IMG/VR virus record: IMGVR_UViG_3300013426_000019
Location: 64,001 to 128,000 of that record
DNA length: 64,000 bases
DNA from: a virus
Taxonomy: Duplodnaviria; Caudoviricetes
Strand: one strand, 5' to 3'
Made by a program: the position numbers and the translations under genes. Position 1 is the stretch's first letter, and each line of letters starts with the position of its first letter. The notes beneath the pieces were generated by a model that saw only the letters and a program-made list of their open reading frames with translations, was not told where the DNA came from and ran no database searches. Below, piece after piece: positions 12,401-21,520 of the stretch.

Positions 12401-12804
12401 TAGCAGACTGTATCCCTGTAGATGATGATGTAGAATTAGAACCAGGAAGGTGTTATTGCTTCAATGGCACAAACTACCACAAGTCCAATAAATACTTAGC
12501 AGACGGCATAATAGGAATCCACTCTGATACTTACGGCATGCATATGGGAGCCAAGCAAGGCGTTAAACAAATGGATGTTGCAGTAGCTGGGTTTGTTCTT
12601 GCATATGTAGACCAGGAATATCCAGTAGGTACTCCTCTGACATGTGGGCCAGATGGTATGTTGGTTAAAATAGAGAGAGAAGATAAGATTGAGTATCCTG
12701 AAAAAATTATAGCTACATACTGGAAAAAAGAAACAGAGGAATACTGGGGAAGTGAAACTCAAAAAGTCAAAGTTAATGGTAGAAAGTGGGTTAAGATAAA
12801 GTAA
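9478..12804 (+). CDS. Tail fibre with C-terminal intramolecular chaperone (Peptidase_G2-like) domain
   Basis: GLMSKEDKVKLDGI, YTHPNSGV..GTYRSVTVNAQGHV and TTGALRVSGGIG fibre motifs; C-terminal NAVWNDLAD...VNGRKWVKIK domain shared with 39746. Confidence 0.85.
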   Translation: MAIPGEDIYKFNPTSRQYLDREGLIEYTSKIKSKIAEDITADLGKKITAESEARAAGDSALQQSINNLPAKAYSKITAVSGSTTTAVEASGKDSELKLKAGSNVALGVDTTNKTITINATDTKYVAATTSAPGLMSKEDKVKLDGIATNANKYTLLPATSDALGGVMVLANSGIELAPDGKISLTKDKLVQMIGAFAGATASTAGQVGLVPAPAKGSTSLYLKSDGTWGTPTNTVYTHPNSGVKEGTYRSVTVNAQGHVIEGTNPTTLDKYGITDAKIVSGTITLGTATITPLTSSSVTATNNTASWGSAVVVGKVGSTDLKFIMPAKVAASIIDGTLADAQIPKLALGKINSGAIALTGGAIGTQNLSGSNSVSINVSEVKEGYLTWGGKNLMGGFGPIDAAMIPTLGANRLEACKAAGITVEYSRDGGSTWTDYGLSDIEKRRLLGSYSSSIKVGKATNSDQYKANYQVRVTLDTSKCGVYTNLNKFAIYISTGGMPGTYCTIEAAPKASPTAWEVKVNKQAISGWSGWNIINTPTITTTNGSSYYGWIRFTFGGTGVNTTHPEQGLSIFNILGFGGVGWATPSTCAKYGVPYKYYAVDASSEPTTEFSGPVKVSNLSATTVTTTTVIGSLGSSDGTMKIYAEKNNELNFGGNNVGNNTIFFGFRAKDSKAIPAKFVMGGTSGTAEVVATKFTGALNGNATTATALTSKGIGSEIQPVYFDANGKPVAISYTIEKSVPSGAVFTDTHFTTGLVTSNSATGTSNAAATDGNVYLNLKDNSTIRNSHKIIGSGATTVTSDASGTITIASTNTTYSASTGISLSGTTFSNSGVRAINPGSANGTISVNTNGTVADVAVKGLGTAAYEAKTAFALADHSHSNYASSVKTTGTGNAITTITQSGNEITATKGSTFLTSHQDISGKANLSGATFTGAVAITNTTASSSTTTGALRVSGGIGAQGSIYGARVYNAVWNDLADCIPVDDDVELEPGRCYCFNGTNYHKSNKYLADGIIGIHSDTYGMHMGAKQGVKQMDVAVAGFVLAYVDQEYPVGTPLTCGPDGMLVKIEREDKIEYPEKIIATYWKKETEEYWGSETQKVKVNGRKWVKIK

Positions 12805-12826
12805 GGAGTTCTTATCTTAAAAAAAA

Positions 12827-14351
12827 GTGAACTACTCTTCAGCTAAAGACTGAAGAGCTTCTTTTCAAAGCATCACCACTTTGATTTTCTACTTCGTAGG
12901 ATACTCCACAAATCTCTGAGTTACAAAGATTTATTTCCATATCCTCCATAGACATGACTTCTTGCTGTTCCAGCAATAGAGTTGATTTTAAATCATCAAC
13001 TAGGATTCTAATTGCGTTTTCTTTTAAATTTTGAGCCGCATTTTGATCGCGTATGATTTTTGTTCCACATTCCGGACAAATCCAAACTCGATCTTTTAAT
13101 GTTAGCTCTTTATTAACGTAACCACAATGATTACAAGTTTTACTTGAAGGATAGAACCTATCAGATTTAATCACAAGACAATTATTAAACTTAGCTTTTT
13201 GCTCAAGTCTAGTTACAAATGTATACCAACTAGTATCTACATAATTTTTGGCATTATGACTGAACTTCATCATACCTCGAAGGTTAAGATCTTCAATTCC
13301 AATTACATCGTAATTCTGAACTAATCTTAAAGTTTCTTTCTCCCTGTAATCTTTTCTAATATTAGCAATATGATTCTCAAATCGAGCAAGCTTGATTCTC
13401 GCTTTTTCTCTATTTTTTGAATCTTTTTGTTTTCTTGCTAATCTTCGTTGTAGTCTTGTTAATTTTCTATTGTTTTCTTGTTTGGCTTTTTTGAAGTTTG
13501 GAGCTTCCTCATTTAAATCATTTATATATAACGAATTAGGACTGAAGTCTAAGCCGATTGCTTTATCTAACTTAATCGTTGAATAAACATCTTGTTCTTT
13601 TTCAAACAAGATTGAACACCAGTATTCCCCACAGGCATTTTTGGAGATAGTCATGTGTTTTGGAATAGCTTCTTTGAACCAACTTATCCATTTTTTAGAT
13701 TTATCTTCAGCGTGTCTAAATCTGACTTGCTTAAGTTTGGGAATAGTTACCAGCCTATGATCCCAATCTAGACAATTTTTAGGAAGCATGAAAAGTGAAA
13801 AGCTGTCCTTGTGTTGCTTCTTAGATTTGAATTTTGGAAAACCTACTTTCTTGCCTTTTCTTTGTTTGGTTATAGATTTAAAGAAGTTGCTGAATGCTTG
13901 TTCACAGTTTCTTTGACTTTGAATCAAAGGTTCAGCTATAGCATCACTTAAGAACTCATACTTCTCTTCTCTAAGTTGTTTTGGAAGTTTGCCTTTGAAT
14001 TTGTTTCTTTGATCTTTAGGCAAATCTTTGTTTGCATTGTACCACTCAATATGTTCAGCCAATCTTTCATTATAGAGTAATCTACAACAACCAAACGTTT
14101 TATTTAGGAGAATTTTTTGATTTTCGTCAGGATATAGTCTGATTTTTAAAGACCTATGAATTATACTAATTTTATCAGACATTGATCAAACTCCTTACTA
14201 GTTTGGTTTTTGTTTGGGGATATTTTAGAACTGCAATTCTAGAATATCCTGTTTTTATTTTTATACTATAATTAGTGACCAGGGTTTAAAAGGTTGAAAT
14301 CGCTGCATCCCTTAGACTAAAGACCTAAGAGTTTTAGCGATTTGGGTTTTT
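12827..14351 (-). mobile_element. Non-autonomous IS200/IS605-family element (tnpB only, IS1341-like)
   Basis: Subterminal hairpins with TCTTTAG loops at both ends; right end CTCTTCAGTCTTTAGCTGAAGAGTAGTTCAC; left end preceded by TTTAT (candidate TAM); left boundary approximate. Confidence 0.8.
12839..14182 (-). CDS. tnpB: TnpB RNA-guided endonuclease
   Basis: N-terminal KIRLYP..Q..LL.KTFGCCR HTH; RuvC residues IGLDF, IEDL, RDQNAA; CNHCG/CPECG zinc ribbon. Confidence 0.95.
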   Translation of the reverse strand: MSDKISIIHRSLKIRLYPDENQKILLNKTFGCCRLLYNERLAEHIEWYNANKDLPKDQRNKFKGKLPKQLREEKYEFLSDAIAEPLIQSQRNCEQAFSNFFKSITKQRKGKKVGFPKFKSKKQHKDSFSLFMLPKNCLDWDHRLVTIPKLKQVRFRHAEDKSKKWISWFKEAIPKHMTISKNACGEYWCSILFEKEQDVYSTIKLDKAIGLDFSPNSLYINDLNEEAPNFKKAKQENNRKLTRLQRRLARKQKDSKNREKARIKLARFENHIANIRKDYREKETLRLVQNYDVIGIEDLNLRGMMKFSHNAKNYVDTSWYTFVTRLEQKAKFNNCLVIKSDRFYPSSKTCNHCGYVNKELTLKDRVWICPECGTKIIRDQNAAQNLKENAIRILVDDLKSTLLLEQQEVMSMEDMEINLCNSEICGVSYEVENQSGDALKRSSSVFS

Positions 14352-14375
14352 ATAAAATTATGTTGTATTAAATGC

Positions 14376-14404
14376 TTGACCTTATCTACAAAATAGAGTA
14401 ATAT
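14376..14404 (+). promoter_or_regulatory. Sigma70-like promoter
   Basis: TTGACC-17nt-TAATAT. Confidence 0.5.
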
Positions 14405-14483
14405 ATAGATGTAAATAAGGAAAAAGCAAATTATATCAAAAAAAAAATGCGACTTATTATATAGTTCAGAATCTTATAAGGAG

Positions 14484-14987
14484 ATGAATAATAAAATGTC
14501 AGATTGGAAAACAGACAGAAGAAAAGCAGGAAAAGCAGCAGGTACAGAGGCCTGGAATGCACAGGTAGATCTTATTAATTTAGATGAGACAGCAAGACAG
14601 TTAGGTTATGCTCTTGCAGATAAGTACGGCTTCGGCGCCGGCAGTGAGGAAGGGTTACTTCTTGCAGGTTATGCATTGAGTGTTATTGGGGGCTATGATC
14701 TTGGTGAGTTCTCTAAAGATAAGGTGACCAAAGCAAATCAGATCTTCAACTCTATGGATAAAGCAGATGTCAAAAACTTCAAAGATGCTCTTAATAATCT
14801 CAAGGTTCAGCATGATGCTGCCTATGAAGTCTACAAACCAAAGGCAGCTAGACAGTTCTCCATGCAGGACTTCAATAAGGCTCTTGGATCAATTAAAAAA
14901 GGTCTCGATAGACTTGGGCTTACCGCTGACGAAGCAGAGGATGCCCTTGATAAAATTATAGATATCTTGGATACTTACTTAGACTAA
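14484..14987 (+). CDS. Hypothetical protein, paralog of 15013 (start may be 14496)
   Basis: MSDWKTDRRKA and FNKALGSIKKGL shared with the next ORF. Confidence 0.8.
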   Translation: MNNKMSDWKTDRRKAGKAAGTEAWNAQVDLINLDETARQLGYALADKYGFGAGSEEGLLLAGYALSVIGGYDLGEFSKDKVTKANQIFNSMDKADVKNFKDALNNLKVQHDAAYEVYKPKAARQFSMQDFNKALGSIKKGLDRLGLTADEAEDALDKIIDILDTYLD

Positions 14988-15012
14988 AGACAAGGCGAGG
15001 ACAAATAGAGAA

Positions 15013-15531
15013 ATGTCAGACTGGAAGGCTAATAGAAGAAAAGCAGTAACTGCCCTAACAAAAGCTGGAAGATATGGATACAGCTTTGCTTACGGTAAAG
15101 CATGCAAAGCTTATGGTCTGGCAAATGCCCTTGCCTATAAATATGGTTATAAAGGTGAAAGTGTACCAGGAAGTAAGAGAACAGAACGAGAGATCCTGGC
15201 AGACTACGTAACCTCTATAATATATGAGAGGCCTCTTGAAAATGACCCTATCAACAATCCCAATAAAGGTGAAAGGTTAAATAAAATCTTTGAGTCTATG
15301 GATCCTGAAGATGTTAAGGACTTCAAAGAGGAACTTAAAGAGCTCAAAAAGGACTATGATGAAGGCTATACCGAATACAAGGTAAAGATAGGCAAAAGAG
15401 ATGTTATGGCTAACTTCAATAAAGCTATAAGTGCTATAACAAAGGGTCTAGAAGGATTAGATATAGAGGAAACACGGAAAGTAAGCGTAATGGATGAGAT
15501 CTCAAATATCTTAGAAGGCTTACTAAATTAG
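15013..15531 (+). CDS. Hypothetical protein, paralog of 14484
   Basis: MSDWKANRRKA and FNKAISAITKGL. Confidence 0.8.
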   Translation: MSDWKANRRKAVTALTKAGRYGYSFAYGKACKAYGLANALAYKYGYKGESVPGSKRTEREILADYVTSIIYERPLENDPINNPNKGERLNKIFESMDPEDVKDFKEELKELKKDYDEGYTEYKVKIGKRDVMANFNKAISAITKGLEGLDIEETRKVSVMDEISNILEGLLN

Positions 15532-15793
15532 AGAGGGGGTTGTTCATGATAAAACATGGGAACTCATTGATGAAGATAGAGGTATCCTTGCTGAATAAGT
15601 ATAGCGCTTAGAAGAGCTTGAAAAAATCTATTGAAATATAGTGAAAACTTCAAGACCTAAGGTTATACTATATATGATCAAGGAAGAAAGGAGGGGTTGG
15701 TTCTTCAGATTCTAGAAGATGAAGAGGAGTCAACCCATTGTTAGTTAAATTAGGAATAAGGTATGTTAGGAGGGGAGGGCTTATGCCTGGATT

Positions 15794-16873
15794 ATGTTGA
15801 GAGGATTAGAAAATCTTAAAATAAGATTCAAGTTAAAGCTGCATGCTTCGAGCTTCTTTTTATTTCCTAGAAAAAATAATATTATAACCAATATTATTAA
15901 TCTCCCTAAAAATATAGAAAATTTAAATGCCTCTAGAAATAAAGTTACTATTGAATTAAATTTAAAGTGCAATGCAAATTGTATTTTTTGCAGCAGAGAT
16001 GCTTCGGGGGCTAATAGAGGCTTTTCCTTAAGTTTTGAAGAAGTAAAGAATATTATTGAGACTTCTAAAAGATCAGGCACGCGCATGATAGAATTTACAG
16101 GAGGTGAGGCCCTTTTAGATTCTCTTCTGCCAGATTATTTAGATTACACTCATGAATTGGGAATGCAGACTCAGCTCATTACAAATACCCTTGGATTTAG
16201 CAATCCTATTTTATGCGAGCGACTTTTACCTAAATTAGATTCAATTGAAATGTCTGTACCTTGCGTTAATGAAAATACTTATAATAAATTGACAGGAAAA
16301 AAAGCATATTTTCAATTAATAACTGCTTTAAATAATATTAAAAAATCAGATTGCCAAAAGCAAGTATTTATAATAGCCCTTAAAAGTAATCTTCCTTATT
16401 TACTAGATACCCTGGAATTTTTTAAAGATTTTAGAAATTTAAACTACATATCTATAGTGTATCCTTTATTAGAGGGAAGAATGCATTCTCTTTTTGATGA
16501 ATATCTCTCTTTTTCGGAATTCAGATTTTATATTATACCTTTTTTAAAAAGAGCAAAAGATCTAGGTATTAATATAGTAGGAAGTAAGATACCTCTGTGT
16601 GCTTTTTTTCCTTATGAAAATTTTATTTTTATAAATTCAAAAGAATTTCCTTATAAAAAAAAAGTTATACGTAAATATAAAAATGAACATGTATGCGCTT
16701 ATAGGGAAGAAAATCTACTAGACGATCGAGTAAAATATTTAGAATGTAAAGAATGTATATATAAAGATTCTTGTTTAGGGGTTATAGGCGAGTATAAAAT
16801 TCTTTTTAAAAAAATAGATCCTATTACGCGAGAAAAAAATGAAAATAGATCAAAATATTTTTCAAAATTCTGA
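15794..16873 (+). CDS. Radical SAM protein, HxsC-like C-terminus (start uncertain)
   Basis: CNANCIFC, FTGGEAL, C-terminal CKECIYKDSCLG. Confidence 0.9.
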   Translation: MLRGLENLKIRFKLKLHASSFFLFPRKNNIITNIINLPKNIENLNASRNKVTIELNLKCNANCIFCSRDASGANRGFSLSFEEVKNIIETSKRSGTRMIEFTGGEALLDSLLPDYLDYTHELGMQTQLITNTLGFSNPILCERLLPKLDSIEMSVPCVNENTYNKLTGKKAYFQLITALNNIKKSDCQKQVFIIALKSNLPYLLDTLEFFKDFRNLNYISIVYPLLEGRMHSLFDEYLSFSEFRFYIIPFLKRAKDLGINIVGSKIPLCAFFPYENFIFINSKEFPYKKKVIRKYKNEHVCAYREENLLDDRVKYLECKECIYKDSCLGVIGEYKILFKKIDPITREKNENRSKYFSKF

Positions 16874-17837
16874 TTTTAAATCAATTTACAGCAGGGTGTA
16901 CAATGCTGAGAGTTTAGAAATAGGTACTCTTGAGCTAAATCTCAGGTGCAATCTTTCCTGCATCTTTTGCAGCCGAGAAGCCCATGTTTTTAAAAAAAGT
17001 GAGAATTTAATTCTTCCTGAAATTTTATCTTTTATTGAAAATAAAGACATTATAGTGTTTTGTGGGGGCGAGGCCCTGTTAGATTCTAGACTTCCTTATT
17101 TATTAGAGTATTGTAAAAAAACAGGAAAAAAGACCGCCTTAATATCAAATGGCATTCCTTTTTCAGATCCTAAAATTTGCAAAAGTATTTTAGAAAATTT
17201 GGATTTTCTTACTTTGTCTGTTACCTCCGTAGATTCTAAAATTTATAATTTTATGACGGATTCCAATCAATTTTCTCTTTTTCAAAAAGGTCTTGAAAAT
17301 ATAATGAAGGACCCTCATGAGAAAAATTTACATAAAAGTATAAATATAGTATTATTGAATTCAAATATAAACTATTTGCAAGATATTCCTTTATTTTTCG
17401 AGAAATTAGGAATGCATTCAGTTTTTCTCTACTCTCTTTTATACCCTATATATTTAGGTCGTCTATTAGACTTCCCTCAGGAATTTCCTAATCCAACTTC
17501 GGAAATTTTTCAAAAAAATTTAATGAATTTATGTAATCTTTTAAAGTCAAAAAATAAAATAATTAGATTTGAAAATATGTCGAGCTGTTTTATCCCAGAA
17601 ATAGACGCGGATTTTGTGGATTCCGAAGAAAATTACGGCAAACACTCTTTTTATTTAAAAAAAATTAATAATAAATTGATATCCTACACTAGAGATAGTA
17701 TTGTTGGAACTTATAAAAAGTCTTTTCGGTGTGAGTCCTGTTTGAAAAAAAATTATTGCAGAGGTTTACCGGAAGTAGCAAAAATATTATTTGAAAATAA
17801 AATTACCCCCTTCAAGAGGGGCAATAAGGAAAAATAA
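16839..17837 (+). CDS. Radical SAM protein, paralog of 15794
   Basis: ELNLRCNLSCIFCSR, FCGGEALLDS, CESCLKKNYCRG. Confidence 0.9.
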   Translation: MKIDQNIFQNSDFKSIYSRVYNAESLEIGTLELNLRCNLSCIFCSREAHVFKKSENLILPEILSFIENKDIIVFCGGEALLDSRLPYLLEYCKKTGKKTALISNGIPFSDPKICKSILENLDFLTLSVTSVDSKIYNFMTDSNQFSLFQKGLENIMKDPHEKNLHKSINIVLLNSNINYLQDIPLFFEKLGMHSVFLYSLLYPIYLGRLLDFPQEFPNPTSEIFQKNLMNLCNLLKSKNKIIRFENMSSCFIPEIDADFVDSEENYGKHSFYLKKINNKLISYTRDSIVGTYKKSFRCESCLKKNYCRGLPEVAKILFENKITPFKRGNKEK

Positions 17838-19109
17838 ATGTATAGTTTAAAACTAGGTTCTGCTTGCAACAATGACTGCATTCATTGTAATGTAAATTCA
17901 GAAGATAATATTGAAAATTTAATTTTTGAGGAAATTCGGGAGATAGTTGATGATATTCCTCAAGGGGAAATAATTTGTCTAGAAGGAGGGGAACCAACTC
18001 TAAGAGAAGACTTTTTTGATATAGTAGAGTATTGTGGTTTAAAAGGGCATAAAATAATACTCCAAACCAACGGCACGGGCCTCACGGAAGAAATCACCCA
18101 AAAAATAAAGCCTTTTGTAAAAAAAGTATATATATCTATATATTCTTCTAATTCTTATATTCATAATTTAATTACTAGAACTCATAATGAAAAAAGTACA
18201 TTTGAAAAAACAATACAAGCCTTAAAAAATCTCTATAGGTATTCTATTCCATTCAATACGCAAACAGTTATTTCTAAAATTAATATGGCTTCTTTATATG
18301 ATACTTTCTCCTTTATTCAAAAAGAATGCCCTGGTATTTTTATGTGTCTCACTTATCCTCATCCTATTAAAAATATTTGGGAAAATAAAATTTTAACATG
18401 TGTTTCTTTTAAGGAATTGAAGCCCTTTATTCAGCCTTGCTTCAGAGATTTCGGTCCTTTTTTAATAGTAGAGTCAATTCCTCCCTGTTATATATTTCCT
18501 TTTTATCAAAATATAGGATATAATTTAGACGCTATTATTAAAAATAAACTTTTAAAAAACGAGAATTACTATAAATATGGGGATGTAGAAAAATATCCAG
18601 TTAAAAACTTTAATTTTAAAAGAAAGGGCCCTAAATGTGTGGACTGCTTTTATTTTGAGGAATGTCTAGGTGTTTGGAAAGAATATGTAGATTTGTATAG
18701 ATTACATTTCGATCTTTTTCCTATAGATATAAAAACCCCCTGGAATATTTCTTTGGATAATTTTCTACAACTTGAGATAGATGATTTTTCTTATGAGGAT
18801 ATAAAAAAGATCCTAGAAAATAATAAAAATTATAAGCCTGTTTTAATTAAGATTAAAGATTTTTCAAAAAATCTTTCAATTAAATTGAATAGGGCAAAAG
18901 CAATATCTCAGATAGTAGACAATTATTCTTTCCCAATATCTTTTTTAGATATCCCTAAATGTTATTTAGAGCCCTTTACTGGAGTAATCAACACTTATCA
19001 AAAAAATTTTGAAAAAAATTCAGACAAATGTAAAAATTGCAATTTTAGAAAGGAGTGCTTTGGCTTTGATTTCAAATTAATTGATTCCAAGATGAAGGAT
19101 TGGAAATGA
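17838..19109 (+). CDS. Radical SAM protein, HxsC-like, with duplicated C-terminal Cys motif
   Basis: CNNDCIHC, GGEPTLR, LQTNG; CVDCFYFEECLG and a second CKNCNFRKECFG. Confidence 0.9.
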   Translation: MYSLKLGSACNNDCIHCNVNSEDNIENLIFEEIREIVDDIPQGEIICLEGGEPTLREDFFDIVEYCGLKGHKIILQTNGTGLTEEITQKIKPFVKKVYISIYSSNSYIHNLITRTHNEKSTFEKTIQALKNLYRYSIPFNTQTVISKINMASLYDTFSFIQKECPGIFMCLTYPHPIKNIWENKILTCVSFKELKPFIQPCFRDFGPFLIVESIPPCYIFPFYQNIGYNLDAIIKNKLLKNENYYKYGDVEKYPVKNFNFKRKGPKCVDCFYFEECLGVWKEYVDLYRLHFDLFPIDIKTPWNISLDNFLQLEIDDFSYEDIKKILENNKNYKPVLIKIKDFSKNLSIKLNRAKAISQIVDNYSFPISFLDIPKCYLEPFTGVINTYQKNFEKNSDKCKNCNFRKECFGFDFKLIDSKMKDWK

Positions 19110-19134
19110 AGCTATCTTAAAATAGGAGTGAAAA

Positions 19135-19824
19135 ATGCTAAGAATTTCTTTAGAAAAAGGTGAGGAAGGGTTTGAAATCTTAAAAAATTCTTTAATTGAG
19201 GACAGAGAATCTTTTTTAGAAAATAATTTTATAAAAAATAGAAAAGATATAATCACATTGATTCTTTTGGATAGAAATGTTATTTTTGAAAGGGTTCCTG
19301 AAAAAAGTAGCTCTTTTATAAAAGATAATATTTTCTGGATTAAAGCTCAGTACCCCGCTGTGCTTTCTTCTTCCCTTGCAGGAAGATATGAAAAGCCTTC
19401 TTTATTTCCAAAAGGAGAATTTCTTATAAGTTATTTTCGCTCTTTCACCTCTGAATCCCTTGCTAAAAGGGACTGGATTATTAATGAAATTCCTTATGCT
19501 CTTATTAATTCTATTTTAAAATTAAAAGGAAATGAGGAGTATAAAAATATTCAGTTAAGGGGGCATACAGTTCTCTATAAAAATAAAAAAGTTTTAGCAG
19601 AAGAAACTTTTTATAATTCTTCTTCAGTATTTTTTGATTGTCAGATTCATCTAGATTGGAATCAGGAAAGTTGGGATATTTATGATAAATATTGTAGTGA
19701 ATTTAAAAGTGCATATGAAAAGGGAAATCTTTTATCTTTATTAAATATTTCCAGAGAAGAATTTTTAAAAGTTTTTATATCCGAATTGGAAAATTTGGAA
19801 TATTTTATTAAAATAATGGAGTGA
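19135..19824 (+). CDS. Hypothetical protein, possible divergent lipoate/biotin ligase (LplA-like) fold
   Basis: IQLRGHTVLYKNKKVLAE resembles the ND(I/L)..NGKK(I/V)SG segment of BPL/LPL ligases; weak. Confidence 0.35.
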   Translation: MLRISLEKGEEGFEILKNSLIEDRESFLENNFIKNRKDIITLILLDRNVIFERVPEKSSSFIKDNIFWIKAQYPAVLSSSLAGRYEKPSLFPKGEFLISYFRSFTSESLAKRDWIINEIPYALINSILKLKGNEEYKNIQLRGHTVLYKNKKVLAEETFYNSSSVFFDCQIHLDWNQESWDIYDKYCSEFKSAYEKGNLLSLLNISREEFLKVFISELENLEYFIKIME

Positions 19825-19834
19825 ATTAAATTTT

Positions 19835-20107
19835 ATGGATGAAATTTGTACACGATGCGGAAAAAAGATAGAAAATACAAAAATAGAAATTAATTTAGGC
19901 TTTTCTGTTTTTAAAAGAGAAAATAATGTTTGGGGATTGTCTTTGGATCTTAATCAAAAATCTGTTGAAATTTTATGTGCAAATTGTTTTGATAATTTTT
20001 GCAATACTTTATTTATTAAAAATAATAATGAATTTTTAAAGAATTTTAATACATCTAAAAAAAATAAAGATCCTGTTGAAATTGACGGAAATGTGGACTA
20101 TAACTAG
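19835..20107 (+). CDS. Small zinc-finger protein
   Basis: CTRCG ... LCANC. Confidence 0.65.
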   Translation: MDEICTRCGKKIENTKIEINLGFSVFKRENNVWGLSLDLNQKSVEILCANCFDNFCNTLFIKNNNEFLKNFNTSKKNKDPVEIDGNVDYN

Positions 20108-20132
20108 TTAATTTTTTTAACAGACTTAAGCA

Positions 20133-20166
20133 AGAAATCCCTTTGCTTTAGTCAAAGGTTATTCAC
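20133..20166 (+). mobile_element. Orphan IS200/IS605-type right-end remnant
   Basis: AGAAATCCCTTTG-CTTTAGT-CAAAGG-TTATTCAC has the same layout (stem, CTTTAG loop, TTCAC end) as the right end at 12827-12860. Confidence 0.55.
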
Positions 20167-20210
20167 ACTAAAGATTAAGTCTTAAAAATTTTGAAGGAGG
20201 GTTTTAAGTA

Positions 20211-21077
20211 ATGTTTGAATTTTTAACAGACACAGGATCTGAAATAGATAATTACCTTAGAGAATCCTTAAATATAGGCCTTCTCAGGACGGGTGTTACT
20301 TTAAAAACAAGAGAGATCTTTTCAGATGCGAATTGGGATAATGTAAATGCTTTTGAATTTTTCAAAGATTTAGAAGAGGGCGTAGTAAGCATATATCAGC
20401 CCGCAATGAATTACTGGAAAGATATTGTAGAAGAGATATTTAAGAAGGGTAAAGACGTATTATTTTTAGGTATGTCCTCCAGATTTACAGGGGGAATCAA
20501 AAATCTTAACATTATTAAAATGCTTCTGAGTCCTATTTATCCTGACAGAAAATTAGTAATTTTGGACTCAGGGCTTGTTGCAGGAGGCGAGAAATGTCTA
20601 GTATTAGCTGTAGCAGAGTATTTAAAGGATAAAAGAGAAGAAGATGTAGAAAAAATAGCCTCTGAAATAAAAATCAAGTTTTTAGGCAGAGGAATAACTT
20701 ATTGGATTTTAGATTCTTTAAAATTCTATATGAAGGCTAATAGAGGTTTAGATTCTTTTAAAGATTTGAATATTCCTAAAGGTTATCCTATAATAAAATC
20801 TGAGAATGGCAGCTTTTTTTTAAAAGGATTATTTAATTCAAAAGAAGATGCTTTGGAAGCACTAATAGGGGATATAAAACTCTCATCTATAGAGACTTTG
20901 GAGTTTACTTACTCTCCGGACTGGGATTTAAAAAAGATAAGAGAAGTAGTAAATCAGCTGGAATCTAATTTAAATATTATTATTAATCATAATATTACTT
21001 ATCAGAGCCCGTCAGTTACTGCTGTAACAGGGCCTTATTCTTATAGTATAGGAGTTTTAAAAAATGTTACTTTTTAA
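20211..21077 (+). CDS. DegV/FakB-family fatty-acid-binding protein
   Basis: LTDTGSEI, YQP, MSSRFTG, ILDSGLVAGG, LDSLKFY...NR, SPSVTAVTGP match the DegV motif order; 288 aa. Confidence 0.8.
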   Translation: MFEFLTDTGSEIDNYLRESLNIGLLRTGVTLKTREIFSDANWDNVNAFEFFKDLEEGVVSIYQPAMNYWKDIVEEIFKKGKDVLFLGMSSRFTGGIKNLNIIKMLLSPIYPDRKLVILDSGLVAGGEKCLVLAVAEYLKDKREEDVEKIASEIKIKFLGRGITYWILDSLKFYMKANRGLDSFKDLNIPKGYPIIKSENGSFFLKGLFNSKEDALEALIGDIKLSSIETLEFTYSPDWDLKKIREVVNQLESNLNIIINHNITYQSPSVTAVTGPYSYSIGVLKNVTF

Positions 21078-21241
21078 TGAAGCTTTTAAATCTTGTTAAA
21101 AAACCTCTAATCCTTAGAAGATCAAAGGGTATTCTTTTTTTAATACTTCCTTATACTAATTATATATAATAAGTCAACATAATATTTCTTATGTAAATAA
21201 TTAATTTTGGTAATTGACATCTAATTTAGGAAGGATATAAT

Positions 21242-21517
21242 ATGAAGGATACAAATATTGAATTGTCTGCAGAAGACAGACAAGATATAAATCTGTCTTT
21301 AGAGGTTATTAATACCGCAGAATTTGAATTGAGGAATATATCGGGATTTGAGAATCTCAAAGAAGAAGAAGTACGAAATATTTACCAAGGGGCTTGTGAT
21401 GCCCTGATAGAAGGGAGAGTAATGCTACATCTTCTTCGCCAAGAATTTGTAAAAAAATATAATATTCCATATGATTTTATTTCCATCGATGGTCATATTT
21501 ATTTACAAGAGGATTAA
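21242..21517 (+). CDS. CXXX-repeat peptide modification system protein-like (TIGR04116-like)
   Basis: 91 aa, ELSAEDRQDI ... KKYN....IDGHIYL; next to CXXX substrates and maturase. Confidence 0.55.
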   Translation: MKDTNIELSAEDRQDINLSLEVINTAEFELRNISGFENLKEEEVRNIYQGACDALIEGRVMLHLLRQEFVKKYNIPYDFISIDGHIYLQED

Positions 21518-21520
21518 ATA

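Noticed and set aside
248-12762. Many minus-strand ORFs (e.g. 521-982, 9693-10544, 11673-12062)
   Set aside because: Antisense shadows of strong plus-strand genes with no recognisable motifs
15794-19109. Canonical His-Xaa-Ser (Hxs) system
   Set aside because: The enzymes look HxsC-like, but no HxS-repeat precursor or HxsD-like gene was found nearby
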